A stretch of DNA of 64,000 bases from Squalus acanthias (GCA_030390025.1 CM059432.1:93622001-93686000); one strand, 5' to 3'; shown: positions 36,511 through 50,493, counted from the stretch's first letter. Notes: generated by a model not told the origin, from the sequence alone. Numbers and translations are program-made.

Positions 36511-39422
36511 GGATAGTGTCACGTTTCTTGAGTGTTGTTGGAGCTACACTCATCCAGGCAAGTGGAGAGTATTCCATCACACTCCTGACTTGTGCCTTGT
36601 AGATGGTGGAAAGGCTTTGGGGAGTCAGGAGGTGAAACACTCGTTGCAGAATACCCAACCTCTGACCTGCTCTTGTAGCCACTGTGTTTTGACTAAAAAC
36701 AAAGCTTTTAAAATAGATTGGGCTGCTGGCCTAGATGGTGTTAACCCTAGAGTACTGAACGAAATGGTGGCTGTATTATGCAAGCTATTGGCTCATATAT
36801 TTAACAGCTCTTTGAGATCTGGGGTCATTTCCATGAGCTGGAGACAAGAACCATGTGGTGACAATATTTATAAGTCAGAATCTGAGAATCATAAGTCTGT
36901 TAGTTTAGATCAGCCTTGTAACTCTCTATACTGCCTCCAGCAGCTGAATGTTTCTTGTTTCTTAGTGACCAGAACTGGATGCAGTATTCAAAGTGCGGTC
37001 TGACCATGAGCATTATAAAGTTTGATCACTACATCCTTAAATTTTAGCAATGTAGTTTAACAGCCTATTGGCTTTGTTGATTGCTGTTCTGCATGTGTTG
37101 GACATATTTATTACTGATTTTACCAAGACTTCTAAATCTCTGACACTGATGTTTTAAAAATACATGAACAAAATAAGTTTTACTGTTTATTCAAAAAGAA
37201 GTTTCATTTAAGTATAATTTAATTTTTTAGTTACCAATGTAAATTGCAACGAAAATACAAATCTGTTTGCCTTATTCTACCAATACCAACACTAACTGGC
37301 CTTTTTCTCAAGAATGTATGCGGTATTTGTATTTTTTTGGCGGGTTAATCTAAGCACATAAGACAACAAAGAAAGAAAGCAAATTTAGAAAATAAGTTTT
37401 TCAAATAAGGTTCCTGGACTCTGAGGGGATCCCAGAGATCACCAGATTTGTGTATTTTTTTTTTAATATTAACTTACTAATACGTTTTTTTCTGTTCCAG
37501 CATTACTAATAAAAATATGTTTCCAACAATGATTGCAGCGTCTTTCAGGGCCAGAGATCCCTGGAATGTGTCCATACTAGCAATGGTCCCTGTAGGTGTA
37601 AATATTTCCAGCGACTCCCCTGTACAGAAAAGTTTTTGAAATCTTTTGATTTCGACAACATTCAATATGCTTTCCAAAGTGTATTTTTTTTATAAAATGG
37701 GATTCTGTTTGCTTCTATTATCAAATATCAACATTATGCAAATTTGATTTATTTAGTTTGCAACTAAGGAACCAATTGTGATTACTTGTATATACAGTAC
37801 TTGCGTAGATTAGAAATTAGGTTATTGCTTGAAGATTGAAATTAGAGAGGGTCACTGTTATGGAGGATCATACTACAGATCACTTAAATGAGCCCACTCT
37901 CTTTATTCTGAACTCTCCAGCGTTTCTTGCCTCTCTCGGGCTCCTAATCATAGTCTGTACTCCTTGTTTCTGTTCAGCAGTAGCACGTTGTGGAACATGA
38001 AGCATGAATTACAACTAAATTTCCTATTCTCCGGGAGCAGTGGTGACTGGGATATCTTGTTTGCAGGTGATAGTTTTTTGACTAGAAAGTTGTTGTACAT
38101 TTGCTTTTATACATGATTATATGTGGCATCTCATTTATTGCACACAGCCATTTTGATACCACTTGCCGCACCCTACATCTGCGCAGTGGCTGCTTTAAAT
38201 TGAATATTGTTGGCACAAGTGTTATAAAATATTGAAAATATATGAAAATAGTTTTACAACTCGTAGGCAATTAATTTTTATTAAGGATATGCTACCATCT
38301 ATTTCCCAGCATTTTCTCCTCTGATGGTCCTTTCTAGGCTATACACTCCTGTAGCTGAGAGGAAAAGGAGGGAGCTTCCACTCGTGTCACATTCAATACT
38401 GCTCTTAGCTGGCTACTAAGTAAGTGTGCAAGAATATACCAGTGGAAATTTCCCACCCAACTTTCACTTGCTTCTTGATTGAACAATTGTTCCGGGTCAA
38501 AATACAATTTGAAGAATTCACCTCTCTTTACTTATTGGCAGTGGCAGAAAAAACATGTGTGCTATTCTGTACAATCCAAAGCCCATGCATCATGTCCTGA
38601 CCCATACCAGAACTCATTCTCTTTAACATTGGTAAGAAGAGCACTTAGTTCTCTACAAGACTGTTACGTAAGCAGCACGACAGGAGATACTAGCACTTAA
38701 ATCAGGCTTCCATGTACTTCAATAGCAACCCAGAAAGTCTGTACAAAATATTAATGATGAACACTGATTCTGTTACCTTTGGAATTCTCACCCAGACGGA
38801 CTTGTTACCCGTAGCTCTCTCTTGAATACAAAAGTTCAAATTTAGAGTTATTGATCAATTGCTGAAACTGTGTTCAATTGACTTTGTAAAATCTCTGACT
38901 TTATAACTTCAGACGAATTTCTCCAAGTCTTTGTGTGCCAGTGGCTAGTGAGACTGAATTTGAGAGACATTGACCTTTATTCTAGCTCTGGGTACATCCT
39001 GCTATGCCACCTATTGTTTTAGAAAAATAAATTATTTCAAGGCAGTAGTCTCATCTTGGCACAATGTCATGGGATTTAAGAGGAACAAAAATTGGATTTT
39101 CTTAACCTATCTTCTCTAACTTGGAGTGCAGTCAAAAGTAAACATGCATTATTCATAAATTTTGTGTTCTACTTTACAGCATATATAATTCCACAAGTTG
39201 TATTTTGGTGATGTATAAAATTATTTCCTTTTTTCCATAGGTTAAAAGCATATTTGTGAAAAATTGAACTCCCAGATTGCATTTAATGAAGTAAATTATG
39301 TGAATACTCAGCCTTCATGAAAGAATGTTGGCCTCAAATGATCAGAGTTTGGCTTGTTTATTTTAGGGTAGAGTTACTATATCCTTTAAACTTTTTTTAA
39401 AAAGTTTTTTTTCTCTCTACAG

Positions 39423-39550
39423 ATGACGGAGAAAGATTGGTAATGAAAGCAGCAAACTTGACATCCAGGGAGATGCTGTCATTTTTCAATGAGCGATGCT
39501 TTGCAAAGGATCCTCGGGCACAAGAGACTGCTTCAAAAAAAAGGCAGTAA
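39423..39550 (+). CDS. MRPL53: MRPL53 coding exon 3 (N-DGERLVMKAANLTSREMLSFFNERCFAKDPRAQETASKKRQ*)
   Basis: Polypyrimidine tract and tacag acceptor; similar to human DGHRLIMRGAHLTALEML (recalled); TAA at 39548-39550; spliced CDS 80+113+128=321 nt. Confidence 0.95.
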
Positions 39551-39740
39551 AGTTAAATTGGACATTCCTGTTATGTATTCATGTGCATGCACACAGTTCG
39601 GGCCTGGTCCAGCGCCGAATGACACTTGACTTGTTTAAAAAACAGCAAATGGCATATTTACAGAGGATGGAACTGTCCAATATGTTAAAGCTCCTTTTCA
39701 GTTCATCATTTTAAAAGTTGTATCCTTCAGAGCTAAGACC

Positions 39741-39968
39741 AATAAAGGATTCACCAATATGGGTAATTACAGTGTCCCAGCAACTACTGTCAAAATACTT
39801 GATTGTGATAACGTATTGCTGTGTTAGCACATTGTACTTGTATTGACCACTTAATAAAAGTCCTGTCCAGGTAAGAATAATGTATTACTTTACTGACCAG
39901 TATTTTTCATTAATAAGTTTGACTAATGGAACTCTTTTGTGACTGTATATCAATGATTCTGAAATAAA
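39741..39968 (+). terminator. Candidate MRPL53 polyadenylation signals (AATAAA at 39741, 39853, 39963)
   Basis: Three AATAAA hexamers 190-420 nt after the stop codon; which one is used is unknown. Confidence 0.55.
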
Positions 39969-41164
39969 GCTGAGGACAACAGAAAGGTATCTGCAGTGAA
40001 ATGATTCACCTTCAGATTTAAAAAAAAATGGTGGGAGATAGAAGCCATAATTTAAAAAAATTAAAATTTTTTAGACCTGGGGCATTTCTTCCCATGAATA
40101 AAATTGGCAAAGCCTGCTTTATATGTTTAGCTATTAGCTATTATTTGCATATTTCCCAAAGTAAGATGGACACTAGAATGTCCCTCATGTATTACTGTAA
40201 ATTGAAGGCATTTCACTCATTGTTATATAAAACCCACAAAAATTATTATTCTAACTATATTTTCTATAGCTATAGGTAAAAGAAAATCTAGTTGCCATAT
40301 AGGGTCATGTCATTTGATTACATGCAAAAAAAAATGTGAATATGCACCATTGTTTTTATTTAAAGTACTTTCATCTAAAACTGGATCATTTGAATCTTGT
40401 CCACGCAATGCAGCATTATTCTAAAATGTTCCTATAAACCCAGCACATTTACATTAGATTGAATGGAATGGGATTAAAAAGACTCTAAGCAAATGTTTCC
40501 ATCAACATTCTGCCTGTTTACTGTATTGCATTTTCTGTTGTCAGTTTGATTGACAGTTTTAAAACCATATTTTTCTAGCATTTCTCTTTTCAATATATTG
40601 GTTCTATTCCCAATAAACAGGTGTGAAATTTCAGAACAAGGATGTGCAAGGTTTTTACATTGTTGGTCTTTGTATTGTTTTTATGTCTTTTTAAGCCCCT
40701 GTGTCTTGGATCATTCTCAGAGTGAGTCCCAAGCCCCAAACCTTCAAAAGTATTTAACTTTGTTTTGATATGTAGGTAAAGTTTTGGTAATGCACCCAGA
40801 TAAATGAACAGCAAACTCTGGCAGTTGATGTTAGGCACTGGACTACCTTAGGCCTCCATAAGATTTCACTTCAGTCTTTGAAAGTGGTAAGGGTATTATA
40901 ACAGACCTCATTGAAGTTTAACATGTGAAGTGAATTTATTTAACAATGAACAATGTAACATAGTTACATAGTCACAGTAGGAAGTCTTATCTAACTCCTT
41001 GAGTAGACAAAGTATTTAAACAATCACAACTAGAACTAGTCTAATCTTTTATAAAAGAGACCTAGGAGTCTTAGAGGACTTGACATTAAACACACCTACC
41101 CAATACAGAGCAACAATCAACAAAGCCAATAGTATTTTGAACTACAAAGCCAAAACAATATAAT

Positions 41165-42510
41165 GGGCCTGAATTTGTGGCGGAGGCCTCGGGAACCACA
41201 GAGACTCGCGCTCCTGGGTCTCTGCGTAGACATGCGCAGAGGCCCACGTATCCCAGGGGAGCATGCGGTTCGCAAGCGCCACTAGGATCACGTGAGCCAG
41301 CCCAACGAATGACAGAAGGGGGCTCCCTATTCATTCTTAATCGGGATTCTGTATGTATGGAAACCCCATAAATATAAATGGGAATACCCCAAAAAATGCC
41401 TCTACACTTCAAATAAATAAATAAAAAAATCACATTTACAATTAATTAAAATGGCATTTAATTAAATATTTAAAACAATTTAATTTTTTGAAAAATAAAT
41501 TTACATGTTTTAAAAGGGCTGAAAATAAACTTGCCTTATTTCACAGGTATATTAAATGTATAAATTATTGATAAAATTTTATTTTTCTGTTTTTTAAAAC
41601 TTACTCTGGTTGACCAGAAACTTAACTGGACCAGCCACATAAATACTGTGGCAACAAGAGCAAGTCAGAGGCTGGGTATTCTGTGGCAAGTGTCTCACTT
41701 CCTGACTCCCCAAAGCCTTTCCACCATCTACAAGGCACAAGTAAGGAGTGTGATGGAATACTCTCCACTTGCCTGGATGAGTGCAGCTCCAACAACACTC
41801 AAGAAGCTCGACACCATCCAGGACAAAGCAGCCCGCTTGATTGGCACCCCATCCACCACCTTAAACATTCACTTCCTCCACCACCGGTGTACTGTGGCTG
41901 CAGTGTGTACCATCTACAAGATGCACATCAGCAACTTGCCAAGGCCTCTTTGGCAGCACCTCCCAAACCCGTGACCTCTTCCACCTAGAAGGACAAGGGC
42001 AGCAGGTGCATGGGAACACCACCACCTCCAAGTCACACACCATCCTGACTTAGAAATATATCGTCGATCCTTCATCGTCGCTGGGTCAAAATCCTGGAAC
42101 TCCCTACCTAACAGCACTGTGGGAGTACCTTCACCACACGGACTGCAGCGGTTCAAGAAGGTGGATCACCACCACCTTCTCGAGGGCAATTAGGGATGGG
42201 CAATAAATGCTGGCCTTGCCAGCGATGCTCACATCCCATAAACGAATAAAAAAAATTAAAAAGCATACCTTACGCCTACTTTTACCAGGCGTAAGAATTT
42301 CATGGGCATTTGCTGGGCAGAAGTTGGGCAAATAGTCCAACTCTCTGCCCGTGGATGCCCTATTCCTGGGGATGCGGATCATCTGTCAAGAAATTGCTTG
42401 ACAGATCACAAGTTCCAGGTTTTAGCGCACGCGCAGCGCATGCCTAAATCTGGAACTTGCACTGCCCTTACGGGCACGTACGCACCCGTAGGGGCTGCAA
42501 ATTACAGCCC
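41165..42510. mobile_element. Harbinger-type MITE containing a LINE-B 3' fragment (~41606-42260, plus)
   Basis: TIRs GGGCCTGAATTTG / CAAATTACAGCCC; AAT duplication; LINE-B ORF 41648-41974. Confidence 0.8.
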
Positions 42511-43686
42511 AATATAAGTCAGCGGAATTAATGATCAAACTAGAGTGCTCTGATGAAACTTCATTTTGAATATTGCATCCAGTTCTGGTTGCGGAGACAC
42601 AAGGGAGAGATACAAGTGCTGCAGGTCTTGAAATTGGTGTTTGGGAGGTAATCTTCGAGGTATACAAGATGGTTAAGGGTATGAAAAAATGTTAAACTGG
42701 AATACAATAAATTAGAGTTAGGGGACACAGGTTCAGACTAGTAAAAAGCAAATTTGGGACTGATTTGGGAAAATCTTCCCCCAAAAAGTGATGAACATAT
42801 GGAATGGACTCCAGATTATGTAATGGAACGGAAAACCCTGAAATCATCCTCTGAACAATTAGATACTGTAATGGCGGTGGACTGTAGGATCCTTCTGGAT
42901 GAATTAAGATGGGCTGAATGGTATTAATGCATAATTATCCTGTGAAAAACTTTTAAATACACAGTATTTCCTTTTCAGGAATATCAAGCTTTCAGTTCTT
43001 TTCAAATTGTCTTTTAGGGGTATTTCTGTGCTCCCTGTGCATATCTCAAAAGCACTAAATTTAATTGACAGAAAATTATTGGCTGGTAGTGAGCAATTTT
43101 GTGATTTGAGGATTTTTTTCTCCTTATTTGCCTTGAGATTCAAACAGCTTTTTAGCTTTTTTGGTATTTTCCAACTGCCTTGAATCAAACAAATTTATCT
43201 CTTACATTCTGAAAAACAGATACTGTGACATCCTGGATTTTGAATAATTAGATCTCAAATTCAAAAAAAACCTATCAGTCATATAAGTAACTAATCCTGA
43301 AGTCTATATTGATACGTAATTTTTTTTAAATTCCAACTTTCTGCGAAATTCCTGTCTACAAACGTTACTTCCTGTTGACATGTTTTTTGGTCGCACTTTT
43401 CCTTTTTTAAGTTAATATGGCAACATTTCCCATTTATTTTTCCTACATTAACTTGCTCCTGTCACAATGTAGTTACAGGCTCTGGACACTAGTTGGCACT
43501 GTATTATCTTTTCCTCACAAATCACTCAATGCTTTCTGAAAAAATACATCCACCATTTTGTTTTTCGTAACTGAAATTTATGATATCAAAAATAAGGTTT
43601 TAAACAAAAAAAACAAAGTAACATTTTACAGTAACATGATTACATTTTTTTATTAATTTTTTTAAATGTCTTTTAACAGATTCATA

Positions 43687-45057
43687 TAGACCAGTTAACC
43701 TAACATCTGTTGGGAAATTGCTGGAGTCTACAATTAAGGTGACTGAACACCTCAAATTGTCAGTTGATCAGAGAGAGCCAGCATGGATTTGTGAAAGGTA
43801 GGTCATGCCTGACAAACCTGATTGAATTTTTTGAGGAGGTGACTAAAGTAGTGGACAGGGGAATGTCAATGGATGTTATTTGTATGGACTTCCAGAAGGC
43901 ATTTGATAAAGTCCCACATAAGAGACTGTTAACTAAAGTAGAAGCCCATGGAATTGAGGGCAAATTATTGACCTGGTTAGGAAATTGGCTGAGCAGCAGG
44001 AGACAGAGCAGGGATAATGGGTAGGTACTCAAATTGTCTGGATGTGACTAGTGGTGTCCCACAGGAATCTGTGTTGGGGCCTCAACTATTCACAGTTTTT
44101 ATTAGTGACTTAGATGATGACATAGAAAGTCATATATCCAAATTTGCCGATGACAGAAAGATAGACAGAATTGTCGGCAGTGTAGATAAAAGCATAAAAT
44201 TACAAAGGGATATTGATAGATTAAGTGAATGGGCAAAACTGTGGCAAATGGATTTCATTGTAAGCAAATGTGAGGTCATCCACTTTGGACCTAAAAAGGA
44301 TAGAACAGGGTACTTTCTAAATGGCGAAAAGTTAAAAACAGTGGAGGTCCAAAGAGACTTGGGGGGGGGTCCAGGTACATCGATCATTAAAATGTCATGA
44401 ACAGGTACGGAAAATAATCAAGAAGGCTAATGGGATGCTGGTCTTTATATCTAGAGGACTAGAATACAAGGGGGTAGAAGTTATGCTGCAGCCGTACAAA
44501 GCCCTGGTTAGACCACACCTGGAGCACTGTGAGCAGTTCTGGACACCACACCTTAGGAAGGATATATTGGCCTTGGAGGGAGTGCAGCGTAGGTTTACCA
44601 GAATGATACCCGGACTCCAAGGGTTAAGTTACGAGGAGCGACTACACAAATTAGGGTTGTATTCCCTAGAATTTAGAAGGTTAAGGGGTGATATAATCGA
44701 AGTTTTCAAGATATTAAGGGGAACAGATAGGGTAGATAGAGAGAAACTATTTTCGCTGGTTGGGGATTCTAGGACTAGGGGGCATAGTCTAAAAATTCAG
44801 ACTTTTCAGGAGTGAAATTAGGAAGCACTTCTACACACAAAGGGTGGTAGAAGTTTGGAACTCTCTTCTGCAAATGGCAATTGATGCGAGATCAATTGTT
44901 AATTTTAAATCTGAGAGTGATAGCTTCTTGTTAACCAAAGGTATTAAGGGATATGGGCCAAAGGCGGGTATATGGAGTTAGGTCGCAGATCAGCCATGAT
45001 CTCATTGAATGGCGGAACAGGCTTGAGGGGCTGAATGGCCTACTGTTCCTATGTTCA
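43687..45057 (+). mobile_element. CR1 LINE, 5'-truncated
   Basis: SQHGFVKGRSCLTNL, KFADD, RPHLEHCEQFW; 3' tail cctatgttc. Confidence 0.9.
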
Positions 45058-45194
45058 TTGAAGTTTTTACTTGAAAACCTCAGCCTGTCCCAAAAGCCTG
45101 GGCTTGGATGTGCTATTTCTGTTCAGAGCTGTGAATGTTACCTGAATTCAGATTGAGTACACGGCATATGTTCATACTGCAAAAATTCCCAGCA

Positions 45195-45575
45195 TGCAGC
45201 AACAACAACTTGTATTTATATAGTGCCTTTAACATAGTAAAACGTCTCAAGGCGGTCACAGGAGCATTATCAGAAAAAATTGACACTGTGCCACATGAGA
45301 TATTAGGACAGGTGAAAGCTTGGTCAAAGATGTAGGTTTTAAGGAGCTTCCTAAAGGAGGAGAGAGAGGTTTAGGGAGGGAATTCCAGAGCTTAGGGCCT
45401 AGGTGGCTGAAAGCACGACCGCCAGTGGTGGGGCGAAGAAAATTGCGGGTGCACAAGAAGCCAGAATTGGAGGAATGCAGAATTCTCTGACGGTTGTCAG
45501 GCTGGAGGAGGTTACAGGGATGGGGCGGGGCGGGGCGGGGCAATGGAGGGATTTGAATGCAAGGCTGAGAATTTA
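45195..45575 (-). mobile_element. L2 3' fragment
   Basis: GGRAFSHLGPKLWNSLP peptide; (CAA)n tail. Confidence 0.8.
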
Positions 45576-47399
45576 AAAAAAATTTAGTACTGCTTAGTCA
45601 GCTGAACTGCTGGAATATTTCTCTTTAGCAGTTTCTGCTCAGTTTTTCCAAAATGATTTGAAGAAAAGGTAGAGGACTAATTTCAAAAGCTTTATTGAGG
45701 CAAATTCCTTAAGCAGAGTGGTTGTTTATGAGACAATATGAAGACAAGAATGACAATGTACCGATTACACAATTGTTCTAGTTTTTGCTTCACGTTCTAT
45801 AAACGTCAGAAAATATTTTAAGCCAAGGGACAGTGTGTCTTTTCTCATCCAAATCTGAGTTCATTTATCAAAATGTGCATGTTCAATTTTGAAGCAGTCT
45901 AATTATCTTGCCTTTGTTTTGTTCACAGTTAGAAAGCATAAACATTCAATTACTGACAACAGTGAGATGGTGTATTTCATCATCCTAATTGCAGTTTCTT
46001 TAAAGTTGAATTTGAAAAGCAAAAAAAATCTCTTTGAGCAAAATGGATAGTAGGTGGGGGAGGAGATAAATAGATTGATGGTGAGGAGGCTTCTGGCATC
46101 TCACCACCCACCCGCCCTTGGGGGTATGAGTAGAGAAGTAGATGGATGGTTAAGGGTGAAGCGAGTGATGGGAATAAGGAGGAGGGGAGGATACAGGGTT
46201 TGAGCAGGTAATTCAAAGGAGAAGTAGTAGTGGTAGTGATGGGAGTGAGTAGGGGTAATGATGAGAGTGAAAAGGTGGTAGGAAGTGGAGTGCTTAGTGA
46301 GAAGGCAAAGGGACAGGGTATGTGATGGAGCAAGAGGATTGAGGAAGCATAGGTGATGGAGGAGGGGTTGGGAAGGGGACTGCTGAAGACTGCAGGTCAC
46401 ATTTGCCCCACAATTGCTACAAATGGAAAATGAAGCATGCGGCCTTCAGTAGCTACTTTTCCAGCCACATCACTCCCCATCATCTCCCATCCTGAAGAAA
46501 AAGAGAAATTAGCGAAAGAGAACATATAAAACAATAAGAGTTAAGGAGAGAAAGAGCAGAACAAAGTCAACAGAGATAGACAACTGAGCCATTTTCTATG
46601 ACATGCTGTGGGCAATGCCATGGGAGACCCACTAGTATATTAAAAGTCACATCCATGCACACATCCTATTTGCAAACCTTGCTTCCTCTTGTCACATTTT
46701 TTTGTTCAACTTTCCTATGTCAATTTCCACTGTCATGGTTTCCCGATGAATCAATTAAATCATTCAAAATGCTTTTTCAAAAAATATTTTGTCTGCTATT
46801 GTTTTCTGGGGTCCAAAATATGGTTTTAAACAAAAGGAAATTTCCAAAAATTACATATTTCATAATTAAATTTGTGAGTTGAATTGTTTTTGTATCTCTT
46901 AATACCTTCTTAAAATAATAGAAATGATAGAAATAACAGCACAAGAGGAGGCTGGTGCTCTCTCCTGTAATCCCATTCCCCCCCAGATCGTTTTATATTC
47001 CTCCTTTTCAAATACTTATCCCATTCCCTTTTAAATGACGTTCTAGTCTCTGCATCAATAGCCACTTGTGGTGAAGCATCTTATGGTCTAATAGCCCTCA
47101 GTGCAAAAACCTTCCATCTCCTTTGGTTCTTCCAGTGAGAATCCTCAGTCTCCCTCCCCTTGTTCTCTATTTGTCCACCAGTGGAAACAATCTTGCAGTA
47201 TTTACCCAGAGTAAAGTCTCCAGGTTTTACTCACTCCTTTACTGGCTGCTCCTCTCTCGGCACCACTCCCGCACACCATGCTGCTGCTACTCCCAGCTCT
47301 GCAGGAAATGCTGGACCCATGCACACCCCAGTCCACTGTCTGCCTCTCTGACCCCCAGTCAAAGTTGCTCCACTGTTAGTAGGATGAACTCACGTCTGC

Positions 47400-47990
47400 T
47401 AGAGCTCTCTCAATAGCACTTGGGATAGAGAGAGCTACCAGGCATGCTAGTGAGTTACAGGCCACAGGGTCCAACAGTTCCAGCGTGAACAAAGTTGATC
47501 AACCATGTTGGAGGTGTGGTAAACATAATCATCATCCAGACTGATGTTTTTGTAAGAAGGTTAAATGTCATAACTGCATGGAATCGAGCCATGTAGCTAA
47601 GTGTTGCCGGAAGCCAGTAGGTGCTGCTGGATTGGAGGCAGAGAGAAGAAAAGAAGGTCCCAAGTCATCATAGTGTTGTGAGGAATCAACAGAAGAAGAA
47701 AAAACTCCAGTGTCTATTCTGTCGATTCCGAAGTGAAACCTGAGGAAGAAACTGTACCACATGGTAAGATGGATGAAGAAGAGACACTTTCTCCTGTGTA
47801 TTCCATAAAAGTAAAAGGGCAACACAAAATTGTGGCCCCTGTTTGGATAGAAAATATTAAATGTGAATTTGAATTGAACATTGGGGCTGCAATATCTATT
47901 ATGTCATCAGAGGTATATGAAGAAAAGTTTAAGGAAATTGCTTTACAAAAAACTGACATTTTACTGAAAAGTTATTCTGGACACCCATTA
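47400..47990 (+). mobile_element. Gypsy LTR-retrotransposon gag-protease relic
   Basis: Two zinc knuckles CWRCGKHNHHPD*C and CHNCMESSHVAKCC from 47506; protease FELNIGAAISIMS (DTGA mutated); LKSYSGHPL. Confidence 0.8.
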
Positions 47991-48064
47991 TCAGACATTT
48001 CCTACAATACAACAGTGACTATACTTCAAAAGTGCTTAATTGATTATAAAGTGCTTTGGTTGTG

Positions 48065-49905
48065 AAAGTTACATTTTGGTAGGAAGAATAAGGAGGTTGC
48101 ATACTGGTTAGAAAATAAGAGTCTAAATAGGGTAGAGGAGGAAAAAGGATCTAGGGGCACAAATACACAAATCAGTAACAGTAGCAACACAGGTTAATAA
48201 GGCCATTAAAAAAAAGCAAACCAAGCACTGGGGTTCATTTCTAGAGGGGATAGAATTGAAAAGCAGAGAAATTATGTTAACTTGTATAAAACCTTGGTTA
48301 GACCACACTTGGAGTACTGTGCAGATGTTGTGGTCTCCATATTATAAAAAGGATATAGAGGCACTGGAAAAAGTGCAAAGATGATTCACAAGGCTGATAC
48401 CAGAACTGAGAGGATATACTTATCTGGTAAGACTCAACAGCTGGGGCTCTTTAGAAAAGAGAATGTTGAGGTGTGAGCTGCTAGAGGTCTTTAAGATTAT
48501 GAAAAAGTTTAATAGGGTAGAGGTAGAAAAGATGCTTCCACTTATGGGGAGACCAAAACTAGGGCCAATAATTTTTTTTATATTCCTCCCTGGGATGTGA
48601 GCGCCGCTGGCAAGCTAAGCATTTATTGCCCATCCCTAATTGCCCTTGAGAAGGTGGTGGTGAGCTGCCTTCTTGAACCGCTGCAGTCCTTGTGGTGAAG
48701 GTAGAATCATAGAATGGTTACAGCACAGAAGAAGGCCATTCGGCCTGTCGAGCCCATGCCGACTCTCAGCTAGTCCCACTCCCCTGCCCTTTCCCCGTAG
48801 CCCTGCAATTATTTTTCCTTCAGATACTTAACCAACTCCCTTTTGAAAGATAAGATTGAGTCTGCCGCCACAACCCTTTCAGGCAATGCATTCCAAATCT
48901 TAACCACTCGCTGCGTATAAAAGTTTTTTCTTACGTCGCCTTTGGTTCTTTTGCCAATCACCTTAAATCTGTGTCCTTTGGTTCTCGACCCTTCTGCCAA
49001 TGGCTGCAGTGTATACCATCTACAAAATGCACTGCAGCAACTCGCTACTCCCACAGTGCTGTTAGGGAAGAAGTTCCAGGATTTTGACTCAGCGACGATG
49101 AAGGAACGGCGATATATTTCCAAGTCAGGATGGTGTGTCACTTGGAGGTGAACTGTTAGGTGATGGTGTTCCCATGCGCCTGCTGCCCTTGTCCTTCTAA
49201 GTGGTAGAGGCCACAGGTTTGGAGGTGCTTTCGAAGAAGCCTTGGCGAGTTGCTGCAGTTAATCTTGTAGATGGTACACATTGTCAATCAACAACAACAA
49301 CAACAACTTGTATTTATATAGTGCCTTTAACATAGTAAAACATCCCAAGGCGCTTCACAGGAGTATTAAAAGACAAAAAATTTGACTCCGAGCCACATAA
49401 GGAGAAATTAGGACAGATGACCAAAAGCTTGGTCAAAGAGGTAGGTTTTAAGGAGCATCTTAAAGGAGGAAAGAGAGGTAGTGAGGAGGAGAGGTTTAGG
49501 CAGGGAATTCCAGAGCATAGGACCTAGGCAACAGAAAAAGCATAGCCACCAAAGGTTGAGCGATTATAATCAGGGATGCTCAAGAGGGCAGAATTAGAGG
49601 AGGGCAGAATTAGAGGAGCGCAGATATCTCGGGGGGGGGGGGGGTTGTGGGGCTGAAGGAGATTACAGAGATAGGGAGGGGCGAGGCCATAGAGGAATTT
49701 GAAAACAAGGATGAGAATTTTGAAATCGAGGCGTTGCTTAACCGGGAGCCAATGTAGGGCAGCGAGCACAGGGGTGATGGGTAAATGGGACTTGGTGCGA
49801 GTTAGGACACGGGCAGTCGAGATTTGGATGACCTCAAGGGTAGAATGTGGGAGGCCAGCCAAGAGTGCATTGGAATAGTCAAATCTAGAGGTAACAAAGG
49901 CATGG
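48065..49905. mobile_element. Cluster: CR1 (plus, 48065-48570), LINE-B 3' end (minus, 48575-49285) with CR1 3' insert (48704-49000), L2 (minus, 49290-49905)
   Basis: Peptide and 3'-tail matches to the same families elsewhere in the window. Confidence 0.8.
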
Positions 49906-50220
49906 ATCCTACTCTAAGATATCCACAAAGGTCAAGGAAACCTCCAAATTGTTTGGACCTGCAGATAGTTATGAGTGTAGTAGTTCTCATTATGGTTCTA
50001 GTATTAGCATAACCCATCTTTCCTGTGTATTACCGGGAGAGTGCTATAGTTATTTATTTTTATCATGTAATTGTAAGATGTAGTGACTGAATTTCTTTAC
50101 TTAATTTTTTTTTAACATTAACCAGGCTCATTCTAGGAGATGATTGTTTTCACCTTGTAATTCTGAGGGGGGAAAGTGACACCAGATGGACCCCTGTTGG
50201 GAATAAGCACATTGTAGCTA

Positions 50221-50493
50221 TTTTTTTATTTATTCACGTGGGCATCGCTGGCAAGGCCAGCATTTATTGCCCATCCCTGGTGAGCCGCCTTATATAACTG
50301 GCTTGCCAGGCCATTTCAGAGGGCATTTAAGTGTTAACCACATTGCTGTGGGTCTCGAGTCACATGTAGGCCAGACTGGGTAAGGATGGCAGATTTCCTT
50401 CCCTGAAGGACATTAATGAACCAGATGGGTTTTTCTGACAATCCAGTAGTTTCATGGTCACCATTACTGATACTAGCTTTTTATTCCAGATTT
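50221..50493 (-). mobile_element. SINE made of LINE-B 5' body joined to LINE-B 3' tail (SacSINE1-like; 5'-truncated)
   Basis: 50297-50493 matches 20455-20655; 50221-50291 matches the LINE-B 3' end. Confidence 0.8.

Noticed and set aside
37477..38070. Possible extra exons (acceptor-like tracts at ~37500, 37920, 37980)
   Set aside because: The MRPL53 CDS is complete without them and no convincing reading frame was found
38750..38870. C/D-box snoRNA candidate (ATGATGA...CTGA)
   Set aside because: No terminal stem or recognisable guide; such motifs arise by chance in AT-rich introns
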